The position numbers were made by a program, and so were the translations under genes. The notes under the pieces are model-generated. The model searched no databases. It had not been told where the DNA came from and was given only the letters and a program-made list of their open reading frames with translations. A stretch of 64,000 nt of DNA from Octopus sinensis (Eukaryota): positions 136,214,001-136,278,000 of the forward strand of contig NC_042999.1 in assembly GCF_006345805.1 (NCBI RefSeq), given 5' to 3'. How positions within the stretch are numbered: the first letter of the stretch is position 1; every line of letters begins with the position of its first letter. Below, in pieces: positions 23,988-36,483 of the stretch.

Positions 23988-24462
23988 GATGATGATAATG
24001 ATATATATATATAATTCTGAACTATTTTTCATTATTTTTTCTAAAAATGCCCTAGTAAACACGGTTATAGAGCGTGCATACTGATGTAAACATTGGCAAA
24101 AACACACCTTTAGTTGATATAAGTAATCTCTATCATTATATATAATTTAAACATTAATTTTCTTTTATATTAACATTCACTAAAAATATCCCTCCTCTTT
24201 CTATAGGCTACTTCTGATGTTAGATCATATAACGTTTTTTTAAACAATATTAATAGTGTTCAGTAAATCACTATACATATCCATCGTTTTCTGTTAAAAT
24301 GTCTTATTGACGAGTTTCATTTCTTCACTTCCCTGAAGAGAAGATTACATTGTTTTACACCATTTATTCCTTTGGAATAATATCAGTGAAATCTTCAAAA
24401 CATGTGTCGGAAGTAAAAGTATTTGAATTATACCTGCATTAAACTCCATCTATTTATTTATT

Positions 24463-24515
<53 letters not shown>

Positions 24516-24521
<6 letters not shown>

Positions 24522-24820
24522 CTTAGAAAGCACCATCCGAATGTGGCCGATGCCAGCGCTACCTGGTTGGTGTCCGTGTCAGAGACACATAAAAAGCACA
24601 AACCAATCGTGGCCGTTTGCCAGCTTCCTCTGGCCCCTGTGCCAGTGACACATAAAAAGCACCCACTACACTCACAGAGTGGTTGGCGTTGGGAAGGGCA
24701 TCTAGCTGTAGAAACACTGCCAGATCAGACTGGAGCCTGGTGCAGCCTCCTGGCTTCCCAGACCCCAGTCGAACCATCCAACCCATGCTAGCATGGAAAA
24801 CAGACGTATGATGATGATGA
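24516..24820 (+). mobile_element. RTE 3'-tail insertion with 2-3 UTR repeat units, in (TA)n
   Basis: Homology to 6400-6705, with a (GAT)n tail. Confidence 0.85.
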
Positions 24821-24830
24821 TATATATATA

Positions 24831-25658
24831 CAGGGTGTGGCCAATAAATTGTCACCTAAATTATGAAAGAATGAAAATAACACTGACATCTCATTATCAC
24901 AGATATATCAAAATTACATAAAAATATCTTGAAATACTAAAGAGTAAATTTATTCAATAAAATTGCCAATGGCTTCAACCACAGCCTCCAGACGACTTCG
25001 GAATCTCCTGCAACTCTTCTGGATGGTCTCTTTGTTTAAGTTGGTGAATGCTGCCATAATCCTTGCCTTCAGTTCATCTTTGGTGTTACAAGGAGTTTTG
25101 TTGGTCTCTCACTTAACTGCGCTCCACACATATAAACCAAGGTGGCCAGATGTTAGGGGTCATATGGTCGAAGAAATTGTCTGACAGCCATGTATGGGTT
25201 CTCCTGCTTCTGTGGCATGATGCAAAGTCCTGTTGCTAGACATAGGGTCTTCCAACAGCCATCCACTTGATCCGGAGCAGCACTTCCTCCTCCAGGCACT
25301 TGATGTATGCCTCTGTGTTGGGTCTGAGGCTGTGGGAGAAGATGGACACATAACATCATCATCACTAGTGATCACTCCAAACACCATGATGTTGACTGGG
25401 TGTTTGATTTTTATCAAACTCAGTACATGTCCTCAGACTGACACCCAAACACTCTGAAATGTTCATATTGGAGCTTCTGGTGCGAATGACAAGCAGTACA
25501 GCATGTCCTTTTCAAATTTCTGGCAGAGTGAATTGTGTCATGGTGCTAGTTTTCTCACAGATGGTGCCCAACTGACCCTACTATACTGTGTCAATAAAAA
25601 TACAATGCGCATGTGCAAAATAAAAAATATAAAATGGTGACAATTTACTTATCACACC

Positions 25659-25661
<3 letters not shown>
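24831..25661 (-). mobile_element. Internally deleted Tc1/mariner element, maT(DD37D)-like
   Basis: TA-flanked TIRs CAGGGTGTGGCCAATAAATTGTCACC / GGTGACAATTTACTTATCACACCCTG. Remnants KHPVNIMVFGVITSDDDVM, GRPYV*QQD, WPP, CRRFRSRLEAVVEA. The D-D spacing cannot be counted because of a deletion. Confidence 0.8.
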
Positions 25662-25705
<44 letters not shown>

Positions 25706-26379
25706 TATACATTATTAAATAAATAAATATATATATACATATATACACACACATAAATATATATATATGTATATACACACAGACATGTATGTATATATAT
25801 ATATATGTATATAATTTACAATTGATTGATCATTTCTCTAGAGCAATGGTAAAATGCTAAAGTTTTAGTTTCATATATATAAATCTATTCATCATTGTTT
25901 ACTACTATTTTCTCAACCGGTAATCAAGCATAGTAATTTTTATAGAGATAAGCGCGTATAAAATATTGTTTCATCACCAACACACCAGACAAGCCACACA
26001 GTACAAAGAAAATTAAGGGAAACTAGTAGACTAGCAGACGAAACAATGAATAGTTATCATGAATGATCAGGAAAAAAAAAAATTATAGTGGCTAAGTAGA
26101 TGGCAGAGAATATTCTTTACTTGCAAGTAGAATTCGTTGGCAACAAATGAAGAAAATAAAAGGAATTTGAAGGTGGGTGAGAAGTTTCAAATGTAGAACT
26201 GCTGTGTTTTGAGCAAAATAAATAATATAAATAAATAAATAAAATGCCCAAAAAAGAAAAACAATTCTAGCTCTGGAATAGTTTCTTCAGACAATATCTT
26301 CAGTGCTAATGGTGTACTCGTGACCAGACATTAGCTACTTGTAAGTTGCCAGGCAACTATTTTAATGCATACATACATA

Positions 26380-27260
<881 letters not shown>

Positions 27261-27937
27261 ATTAACGAAAGTACTTTAATATTTAAAGTAGCAAGGAGAA
27301 AATTTATTGCTTTTGGTAGTCTTGGGAAGAAACTAAAATGAAATAGGATATGTGATTGAAAGCAAATGAGTTCTTCATTAAAAACGCAATCCATTATGTA
27401 TGCGAACATATGAACCATTTAAAACCTTTCTGAATAGTAGGAAGCATATTTATATTCAGTCTCCTCAAATTTAATTGGGGACATTGCATAAAGCAATGGT
27501 TTTCTAGGCCGTGCATTTCACTAGAGCCTTCATTTAAAGTAATTTCTTGAAGTTAGAGAAATCAAAAAAACTGTTTCATTATAAATTTAATCTTCATTCT
27601 AACATTTCACACACACTCATACATGCATGCATGCTGTAATCTCGTTGTCATTGTTTTAACATCCACTTTCTGATGCTTGTTGTGTGGGGCAGATGTAATT
27701 CGTTGAGGCAAATTTTCTATGGCTGGATGCTGTTCTTGTTGCCAACACTTACTTGTTTCCATGCAAGGTAATATTTCCCCATGGCTGGGCATATTTTCAC
27801 ACAAGATTGGAAACGAAGGACAATGCTTGTGTGATGGTGACACTTGTTTACAAATTCCGCATGATTTCAGGACAAAGGGTCACAAACATAGACACACACA
27901 CACATATACCCACACAGATACAAGAATATTTACATAA

Positions 27938-27984
<47 letters not shown>

Positions 27985-27986
<2 letters not shown>

Positions 27987-28199
27987 ATTTCTTTATTGCC
28001 CACAAGGGGCTAAACATAGAGGGGACAAACAAGGACAGACAAAGGGATTAAGTTGATTACATCGATCCTAGTGCATAACTGGTACTTAATTTATCGACTC
28101 CGAAAGGATGAAAGGCAAAGTCAACCTCGGTGGAATTTGAACGAAATACCGCTATGCATTTTGCCCGGTGTGCTAACGATTCTGCCAGCTCACCACCCT
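27985..28199 (-). mobile_element. SINE family B, alternative-tail variant, abutting (TCTA)n
   Basis: Reverse complement of 20108-20342. Confidence 0.8.
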
Positions 28200-28414
28200 A
28201 ATCTATCTAAAGAGAGAGAGAGAGAGATACATATATACACATGTAAGTATGTATGTGTCTATATGTATCTCTCTGTCTTTGTAGATATGTATGTATGTAT
28301 TTATGTATGTATGTATATGGCTTCCTTCAAAGCTAAACAATGTGAGGAAGGAAGCACATTGTGACCAGCAGCGTATAACAACATCCAATAGTCTGGTCAA
28401 TACAGTGATATAAG

Positions 28415-28790
28415 TGGCACTCCATCGGTTATGATGATGAGGGTTCCAGTTGATCCAATCAACAGAACATGAAGTTAACATGCAAGTGACTGAGCACTCC
28501 ACAGACACGTGTACTCTTAATGTAGTTCTTGGGGACATTCAGCGTGACACAGAGTGTGACAAGGCTGGCCCTTTGAAATACAGGTACAACAGAAACAGTG
28601 AGAAAGAGTGAGAGGAAGTTGTGGTGAAAGAGTACAGCACGGTTTGTCACCACCCACTACTGGAGCCTCGTGGAGCTTAAGGTGTTTTTGCTCAATAAAC
28701 AATCACAACACCCAGTCTGGGAATCAAAACCATGATCCTATGACTGTGAGTCCGCTGCCCTAACCACTGGGCCATTGCACCTCCACACAG
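28415..28790 (-). mobile_element. SINE family D
   Basis: Minus-strand head GGAGGTGCAATGGCCCAGTGGTTAGGGCAGCGGACTCAC. The body matches 9890-10208. Confidence 0.8.
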
Positions 28791-28835
28791 TGATATAAAT
28801 ACATATATGTATGTGTACATATATATATGTGTACA

Positions 28836-29031
28836 AAATGTGACCGCGTGTGTACCGTTGGCGATTTTTTTTCCTCTGTCTTCCCTTCTCTGGATCTTTC
28901 CTTCTCCTATGTTTCCGACAAAGAGCTCCACTTGAAACGTTAAACCCTCCTTCTTTCCTGAGCGTCCAATAATACTATATTTGTTCCACATCCTTGCGCT
29001 GTTGTGTTTTTCCGTGCTTTCATGTTTGGAT

Positions 29032-29036
<5 letters not shown>
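28836..29036 (+). mobile_element. Solo Penelope-like terminal repeat with degenerate hammerhead fold, ending at (TA)n
   Basis: GTTT-CCGACAA-A-GAGCTCCACTT-GAAACGTT-AAAC at 28911-28944. The assignment to PLE is inferred from this motif. Confidence 0.55.
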
Positions 29037-29069
<33 letters not shown>

Positions 29070-29071
<2 letters not shown>

Positions 29072-30482
29072 AAAATAGTAAAGAGTGAAAAAACGACAGA
29101 AGGCTTAAATGTTAAAAAATATATATATTTGTGTCAAAATGTCTGGAGAATATTGGAAAAATTTTTTTTCCTTTCCTTAAAATGACATAATTTCATAATT
29201 TTTAAAGAAATACCGGTTTCGCGTGTAGCTTTTCAAATTTCTTGTGACGTTATGTTTATATTGCATGGAGTTATCATTGTGTTTATTTTCAGGAGATTTC
29301 TAAATAAGGGGAGGTAGTGAGTGATTTCTTCCGGTGTAAGGGAGATAATCGCTTAAAAATTTTTTTCCTTTCCCTTGTTAATTTCTCTGTGTCAGTATGT
29401 TCGGATGGTTGAGTCTGGGTTTGTACTTTTCAATGAAGAATGTTTCCTTGTTCAGTCTCATTTGTGTTGATGATCCGAAAGCACATTGGTAAAATGGGAA
29501 GATTAAAAATTGTGGCAGTAGTTGCTTTGCGCATTTCTCAATGTGTTCACTAAAAGGTATCATTCTATATTCTGGGAATGCAATCTGTTGTCGATGCAGT
29601 GTGCATCTACGCCTGAGTGATAGTCCCGTGGAACCCACGTAGTCTTGGTGGCAGCCCGAGCATTTAATGACATAAATTATGTTTTCAGAGGCACAAGTAA
29701 AGTTAGATTTGATCTTGAATTTCTGTCCCTCTTTAAAGAAGAATTCTGATCCTTCCAATAGGTTAGGACATGTTGCACAGTTCGATCTACCACATTTTTT
29801 TACTTTTGCATCCGTAATTTCAGAAGACAATTTTGCCTTTGTGAGAATCTTTTTAAGTGATTTAGGCTGTTTGTAGCTTTTAATGATTTGGTGTATGTTT
29901 AGAATTTCCTTTAATTTTGGGTTTTTATGAAGTATTGGTAAATTCTGGGTGATGATGGTGAAGGCTTCTTTGTTTCTGGGGTTGTATGTAGATATGTAAG
30001 GTAGTATTTTCGGGGAAGGTGTGTTGTTGTGTTGAACTTTTCTTAAAGTTTCTATGTTGATTTCTGTTGCACGTCTGATCCCATCCTCTATGAGTTGAGC
30101 TGGGTAATGTCTGTCAATTAGGGTGTTTTTGAGTTCTTGCAGTCTAAAGTTCCTGGTATTTTGTTCTGACACTATTGTGCATATCCTTCTTGCAAGGTTG
30201 AAGGGGATGTTTGTTTTAGTGTGTCTTGGGTGGCATGAATTAAAAAGAAGGTATTGTTTGGCGTCTGTGGCTTTGTAAAAAATGTCTGTTTCTATTTTAA
30301 GGTTAATTTTTTTAATTAGTATATCCAAGAACGGGAGCTCCTTTTGGTTGTATTCCATTGTGAACTGTATATTTGGGTTTATGCTGTTCAATAGGTTTTT
30401 AAATTTTAGGAGTTTATCTATGTTTTCATTCCAGAGAATGAAACAATCGTCTAGGAATCGTTTCCAATTCTCTTTTATGTTT
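29070..30482 (-). mobile_element. Penelope-like retroelement (Neptune-type), 5'-truncated, 3' end at (TA)n
   Basis: RT motif WKRFLDDCFILW, IQFTMEY, LPFLDILI, RHTKTNIPFNLARR. Cys linker KKCGRSNCATC. GIY-YIG NIIYVIKCSGCHQDYVGSTG...RCTLH. Confidence 0.93.
29378..30482 (-). CDS. Penelope RT C-terminus plus GIY-YIG endonuclease, uninterrupted partial frame
   Basis: ORF 29378-30391 stays open upstream through FLDD to the truncation point. Confidence 0.85.
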
Positions 30483-30530
30483 ATTTGTGTTGCAAGGTTC
30501 CTGATGTATGTTGAAGCAGATATTGTATTT

Positions 30531-31102
30531 GTGCAACTGAAACCTGACTGTCTTTTTGGTCAGCTGAAAGCAGTTTTGGCACAAACTTAGCAGACACATG
30601 TCTCATACCCAAATCTTCAGTGATAATGGACTGAACTGTACTGTAACCAATCTGCACATCCTCTGATAACTCACGAATGTTGATCTGATGATTTCCCCTC
30701 ACAGCTGCACACACATCTGCGATGTCTTTCTTAGTTCTGCTGGTTGCAGGTCTCCCAAGAACATTCGTCACTATCGACAATTTTTCACCCATCTTGGAAG
30801 TGTCTGAACCACTCGTACACTTGAGTGCAGCTTATATACTCCCCTACATACACTTTCAGCAACTTTGCATAGGCCTCTGAACAGGTATCAGCATGACAAC
30901 TTTCTCTGTCATGGTCAACGCAATGATCACAGGTTACATGTGTTACTTCAAAGCACTGCTGTAAACAGCTGAAGTGAGCCAGAATGTTAAAACTTAGGGC
31001 ACATGTACAATAGAGGTCAAGGTCAATCTGTGCTAAGTAGCTTCACACTGCATGCTTTAGCTTTGTTACTATGACAACAGTCTGGATACTTATTAATCAG
31101 AC

Positions 31103-31108
<6 letters not shown>
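30531..31108 (-). mobile_element. 5' half of a mariner element (degraded transposase N-terminus)
   Basis: TIR TATGAGGTCTGATTAATAAGTATCCAGAC at (TA)n. Peptide GRPATSRT...IITEDLGMRHVSAKFVPKLLSADQKD is cut off at 30531. Confidence 0.88.
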
Positions 31109-31152
<44 letters not shown>

Positions 31153-31155
<3 letters not shown>

Positions 31156-32145
31156 AGAATTCACAGAAAAACAAAAGATGAAGACAGGTGGTGTAGAAAG
31201 CAAACAGATGTATTAGTATAATGCTCGGGAATTGAAAAGGTCTTTTATGTTTTGAGCCTACACTCTTCCACAGAAAGGAACACAGAAAGAAACAAGGAGA
31301 GAAAAAAAATGTGTGTGGTGGCTACCGATCTACCATGGCGACTATATATATATGTATATATAGATATATAAATATATAAATATATACAAATATATTCTTT
31401 CATTCTTTTACTTGTGTCAGTCATTTGACTGTGGCCATGCTGGAGCACTACCTTTTGTCAAACAAATTGACCCCAGAACTTATTTTTTTAAAGCCTAGTA
31501 CTTATTCTATCATTCACTTTTGCCAAACTGCTAAGTTATGAGGATGTAAACACACCAACATCAGTTGTCAAGCGAGGGTTGGGGGACAAACACAGACACA
31601 CAAACATATATACATACATATATAAGTATATATATATATATTATATATATATATATAATATATATATATATATAGGGAGAATTCACAGAAAAACAAAAGA
31701 TGAAGACAGGTGGTGTAGAAAGCAAACAGATGTATTAGTATAATGCTCGGGAATTGAAAAGGTCTTTTATGTTTTGAGCCTACACTCTTCCACAGAAAGG
31801 AACACAGAAAGAAACAAGGAGAGAAAAAAAATGTGTGTGGTGGCTACCGATCTACCATGGCGACTATATATATATGTATATATAGATATATAATATATAA
31901 ATATATACAAATATATTCTTTCATTCTTTTACTTGTGTCAGTCATTTGACTGTGGCCATGCTGGAGCACTACCTTTTGTCAAACAAATTGACCCCAGAAC
32001 TTATTTTTTTAAAGCCTAGTACTTATTCTATCATTCACTTTTGCAAACTGCTAAGTTATGAGGATGTAAACACACCAACATCAGTTGTCAAGCGAGGGTT
32101 GGGGGACAAACACAGACACACAAACATATATACATACATATATAA

Positions 32146-32189
<44 letters not shown>

Positions 32190-32200
32190 TTATATATATA
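31153..32200. repeat. Near-perfect ~520-bp tandem duplication (PLE-like terminus plus SINE A 3' module)
   Basis: GGGAGAATTCACAGAAAAACAAAAG at 31153 and 31675. The two units are almost identical apart from microsatellite length. Confidence 0.9.
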
Positions 32201-32365
32201 TATATACGACGGGCTTCTTTCAGTTTCCGTTTACCAAATCCACTCACAAGGGTTTGGTCAGCTTGAGACTATAGTAGAAGACATTTGCTCAAGGTGCCAC
32301 ACAGTGGAACTGAACCCAGAACCATGTAGTTGGGAAGCAAGATTCTTACCACACAGCCACGCCTG
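31915..32365 (-). mobile_element. SINE family A complete copy
   Basis: Reverse-complement 3' module, (TA)n and head. Confidence 0.85.
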
Positions 32366-32407
32366 CATATATATGTGTGTGTGTGTTTGTATACATATAT
32401 ATATATA

Positions 32408-32438
<31 letters not shown>

Positions 32439-33084
32439 TATCCATATTCATGCTCATACTGATATACACATATATATATTCTTTACTGCAAGTGTGTTTT
32501 CCATGAAGCTCGATATGGTTTCATGATGATGTAGAGAAGTGGTGAATCAGATCCCAGCAGAATGAGTGTCACAGAAAATATGACAAAAGACCAAGATGAT
32601 TGTTAACATACTGCATACTACTAGCCTTGTCAAACACATAACAAAAAGTAAAAATAACAGTTAAAAGATTGACAATAGTGGTGAAGATCAATGTGATACG
32701 GTGATGTGTGTGTAAGAGTGTATGTATTTGAGTGTATAAAACTGACAGCTCACATATGCTTGACTAAAAAACACAAACATATTTTACCAAAATTCAGTAG
32801 AAATTTTGAGATTGGAGCGTGCTAACACAAGTGATAGTTTATTATGTATGACATGTGTCATATCAATTGTCTAACATAAATATTCAAAATGTTTGTCTAT
32901 GTCTTGCTTGTGTGTGTCTTATAAGGAAATAGTTTTGGATAGCAGTTTCAACGATTATTTCCGATCTATATTAACACGCACACTGCTGATTTTAGATATA
33001 ACTCTTTTTAACCTTGACTATATTATTATTACTAAAGGAGACTCTGGTTTTTACATTTTATTATTTTTTCATAAATTAAAGCAG

Positions 33085-33485
33085 CAAGCTGGCAGAATTA
33101 TTAGCATGCCAGGCAAAATGGCATTTTGCCCACCTTTTAATTCTGAGTTCAAAACCTGTTGAAGTTGTCTTTGTCTTTCATCCTTTCAGGGTCATTGAAG
33201 TAAGTACCAGTTGAGTACCACCTGAAATTGCTGGCCTTGTGCCAAAATTTGAAATCATTATTTCTTTGTAAATAAAGTGGTGAGCTGGCAGAATTGTTAC
33301 TGTGCCAGACAAAATGCTTAGCAACATTTCACTCATCTTTACGTTCTGAGTCCTATCAGGGCTAACTTTGCCTTTCATCCTTTTGGGGTCAATGAAATAT
33401 GTATCAATCGAGCACAGGGGTTGATGTAATCAACTATCTCCCTCCTACAAAATTTCAGACTTTTTGTCCATAGTAGAAAGGACTA
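33085..33485 (+). mobile_element. Two SINE family B copies
   Basis: GCTGGCAGAATT...GAGTTCAAA heads with B bodies. Confidence 0.75.
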
Positions 33486-33954
33486 CATTTTGTTTTTATA
33501 AATCAGTACAGTCAGTAAATAGTACATATCAACAGCCCCAAACATCAGTTACAGGTGCACAAAGACAAAGTAAGACATTTAATTAGCTCCTTTCAATTAC
33601 TAATAAGTGCAGCTGTGTGGCTAAGAAGCTTACTTTCCAACAACTAGGTTCTGGGTTCAGTCCCACTGTGCAGCACATAGTCTCATGAATGGATTTGGTA
33701 GATGGACACTGAAAGTAGCAAATCACACACACATACATGCACACACACACGCACACACACAAACACACATAAAATAAAAGAATTTGTGAATGCAGGAAGG
33801 CTGCGAGGGCAGCTTAGAGAATTGGATAAATACCTTTTAGAAGATGGAAAAAGTGGTCAGCAAGCCTCACAACCTTTTGCAAATTCCTTTATTTTCTGTA
33901 GATTACTAACACATGTGGCACTTATAAGTTTGTTTACAATATATATATATATAT

Positions 33955-34224
33955 GTTGCCTGGCCCCATGCCGGTGGCACATAAAAAGCACCATCCGTCT
34001 GTGGCCGTTTGCCAGCTCCGTCTGGCACCTGCGTGGGTGGCACGTAAAAAGCACCCACTACACTCACGGAGTGGTTGGCATTAGGAAGGGCATCCAGCCG
34101 TAGAAACACTGCCAGATCAGACTGGGCCTGATGCAGCCTTCTGGCTTCACAGACCCCAGATGAACCGTCCAACCCATGCTAGCATGGAAAGCGGATGCTA
34201 AATGATGATGTTGATGATGATGAT
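33955..34224 (+). mobile_element. RTE 3'-tail insertion with ~2 UTR repeat units, after (TA)n
   Basis: Close match to 6430-6705. Confidence 0.88.
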
Positions 34225-34403
34225 ACACACACACAAAAACACAGGTATGTTGATGCAAACAAGAAAAAGATTCAACATATGAGTATACGTATATGTTTAA
34301 TAATATATTGTATTTCAGGATGGTCATTTTTTTTTTGTTTGCCAAATGAACACATGCTCTATATACGATTTGTATACGATTCGTATTTGTTCTTTACTCA
34401 TTT

Positions 34404-34641
34404 ATTACTGTTCTTATTCTAACTCATGTCCATTGTCTGGAAGTCTTTTGTCACACATTTGTGACCTCCTCAGCATGCATTCCGTCTTTGTGTGTGCTCT
34501 TGCTCTACTTATTCCATTCCAAGAACAAAATGAAATAAGCAGAGCAAGAGCACATATGAAGACAGAAAGTGGTGCTGAGGAGGTCATAGATGTGTGACGA
34601 AAGAGTTCCAGAAAATGGACATGAGTTAGAATAACAGCAAT
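34404..34641. repeat. Long imperfect hairpin (~110-bp arms, ~10-nt loop)
   Basis: TTATTCTAACTCATGTCCATT...GTGACCTCCTCAGC...GTGCTCTTGCTCT pairs with AGAGCAAGAGCAC...GCTGAGGAGGTCAT...AATGGACATGAGTTAGAATAA. Confidence 0.85.
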
Positions 34642-34995
34642 GCATTTATTTGACAAAAAGAAAAAGAAAAATTGACCCTCTCGAAATACAATATCTGCTT
34701 CAACATACATCAGGAACCTTGCAACACAAATTCACAAATGTTTATTAATATATATTAATAAACTATATCAAAGGAGTAAGGGTGAATAAATATATTTAGC
34801 AAATAACAGAGTAACTCAATGTCCAAGAGTTTTGTGCATTGGCGCTTATAAAACTGCCACAAGTCGAAGGCCTGTGAATTTAGACCTTCAACCTGTGGCT
34901 GGTTTGATAAATGTCAATGCACGAAACTCTCAGACCTTGAGCCACTCTGCAACTTCTAGTAAACATTAATAAAAATATATATGTATGTATGTATG

Positions 34996-35055
<60 letters not shown>

Positions 35056-36175
35056 TGCGTGTAAATGTGTGTGTGTGTTGTGTGAGCTGGTGTCCTCTTG
35101 TATGCACAAACCTCACTCCCCCACACAACGGGCTTCTTTTAGTTTCCTTCTATTAAATCTACCCACTTGCCCAATGTGTCGTGTAGTGGACTGAACCTGA
35201 GCTCACAAGGTTGGAAAGTAAGCGTCTCAACCACTCAGCACTATTTGCATCTACAAGGGAGTTAATATGACACACCATCAAATAGCATATTTTGAACCAA
35301 CAAGAGTGGGGTACTTACATGGTTACTTGACCTATTAGAATTAGAAGACAAACTTCCTTTAAACTACACATAGAAGGAATGATGCACAGAATCACATACA
35401 ATAAATTAATGACTGGAATACCCGTATGGTCTTCTGCTAGAAGGCGATAAGGTATATGTGAAACAATATATCTGTGGATAGTGTTTAGTCAATTGATTGA
35501 ATGCCTATATGACCCCTTGTATAATAGGTTTGCTTGATCAGGACTGACCTGGGGCTAAACAATAACCACAACAATATCAAACTTATATTTCACCCTTAAA
35601 CATCACATAACCAAAGATTTAATCAGCATTCTCTATTGCTTAGCAACTTGATAAAAGTTAATGCCTGTTCATCACTCAACCGTATCTAATTATGGCATAT
35701 TAGCTATCACTAGCCATTGGAACATGATAGCAATTGAGTATCTACTGACAGACGCTAATCAAAATTTGATTACCATTCTGGATAAATGAATAGCTGTTTG
35801 GCACCATCAATAAAACATGTAAATAATTCATCTGACTTTAGAACTACATCATAATGCATACATTATCAATCGTTCATTAATGAAGAATCCTAACAGACTG
35901 TCTTTCATATACTAAATTATACGAAGCCTATTAGTAACTGTTTGGTTTGAGGTGTCTTTCATTATAATAGTATTAGATAACATAGCTGCTAAAGTATTCC
36001 ATATACTGAAGACATTGCGAATGTTTATTAAATAAATGTTTTAAGCTAAGACGAGAATTATCTATTGATGGACAACTCTTAGATGGAAGGAAGACAATGT
36101 CTTTCTAAAGATGTCCCATTAGGTTTGTGATTTAACGGAGTTAGTTTTAATGACACTTGAAAGATATCAAATGTG

Positions 36176-36243
<68 letters not shown>

Positions 36244-36418
36244 CATATATATATATACATACACCACATACATATATGTATATATGTATGTATATACATA
36301 CACACACATACATATATATAGATATATATATATATAGATATATATGATTGATAAATATATACATGCATGATTGATATATACATATATGTATGCATATATA
36401 TATGAATATGTGTGTGTG

Positions 36419-36483
<65 letters not shown>

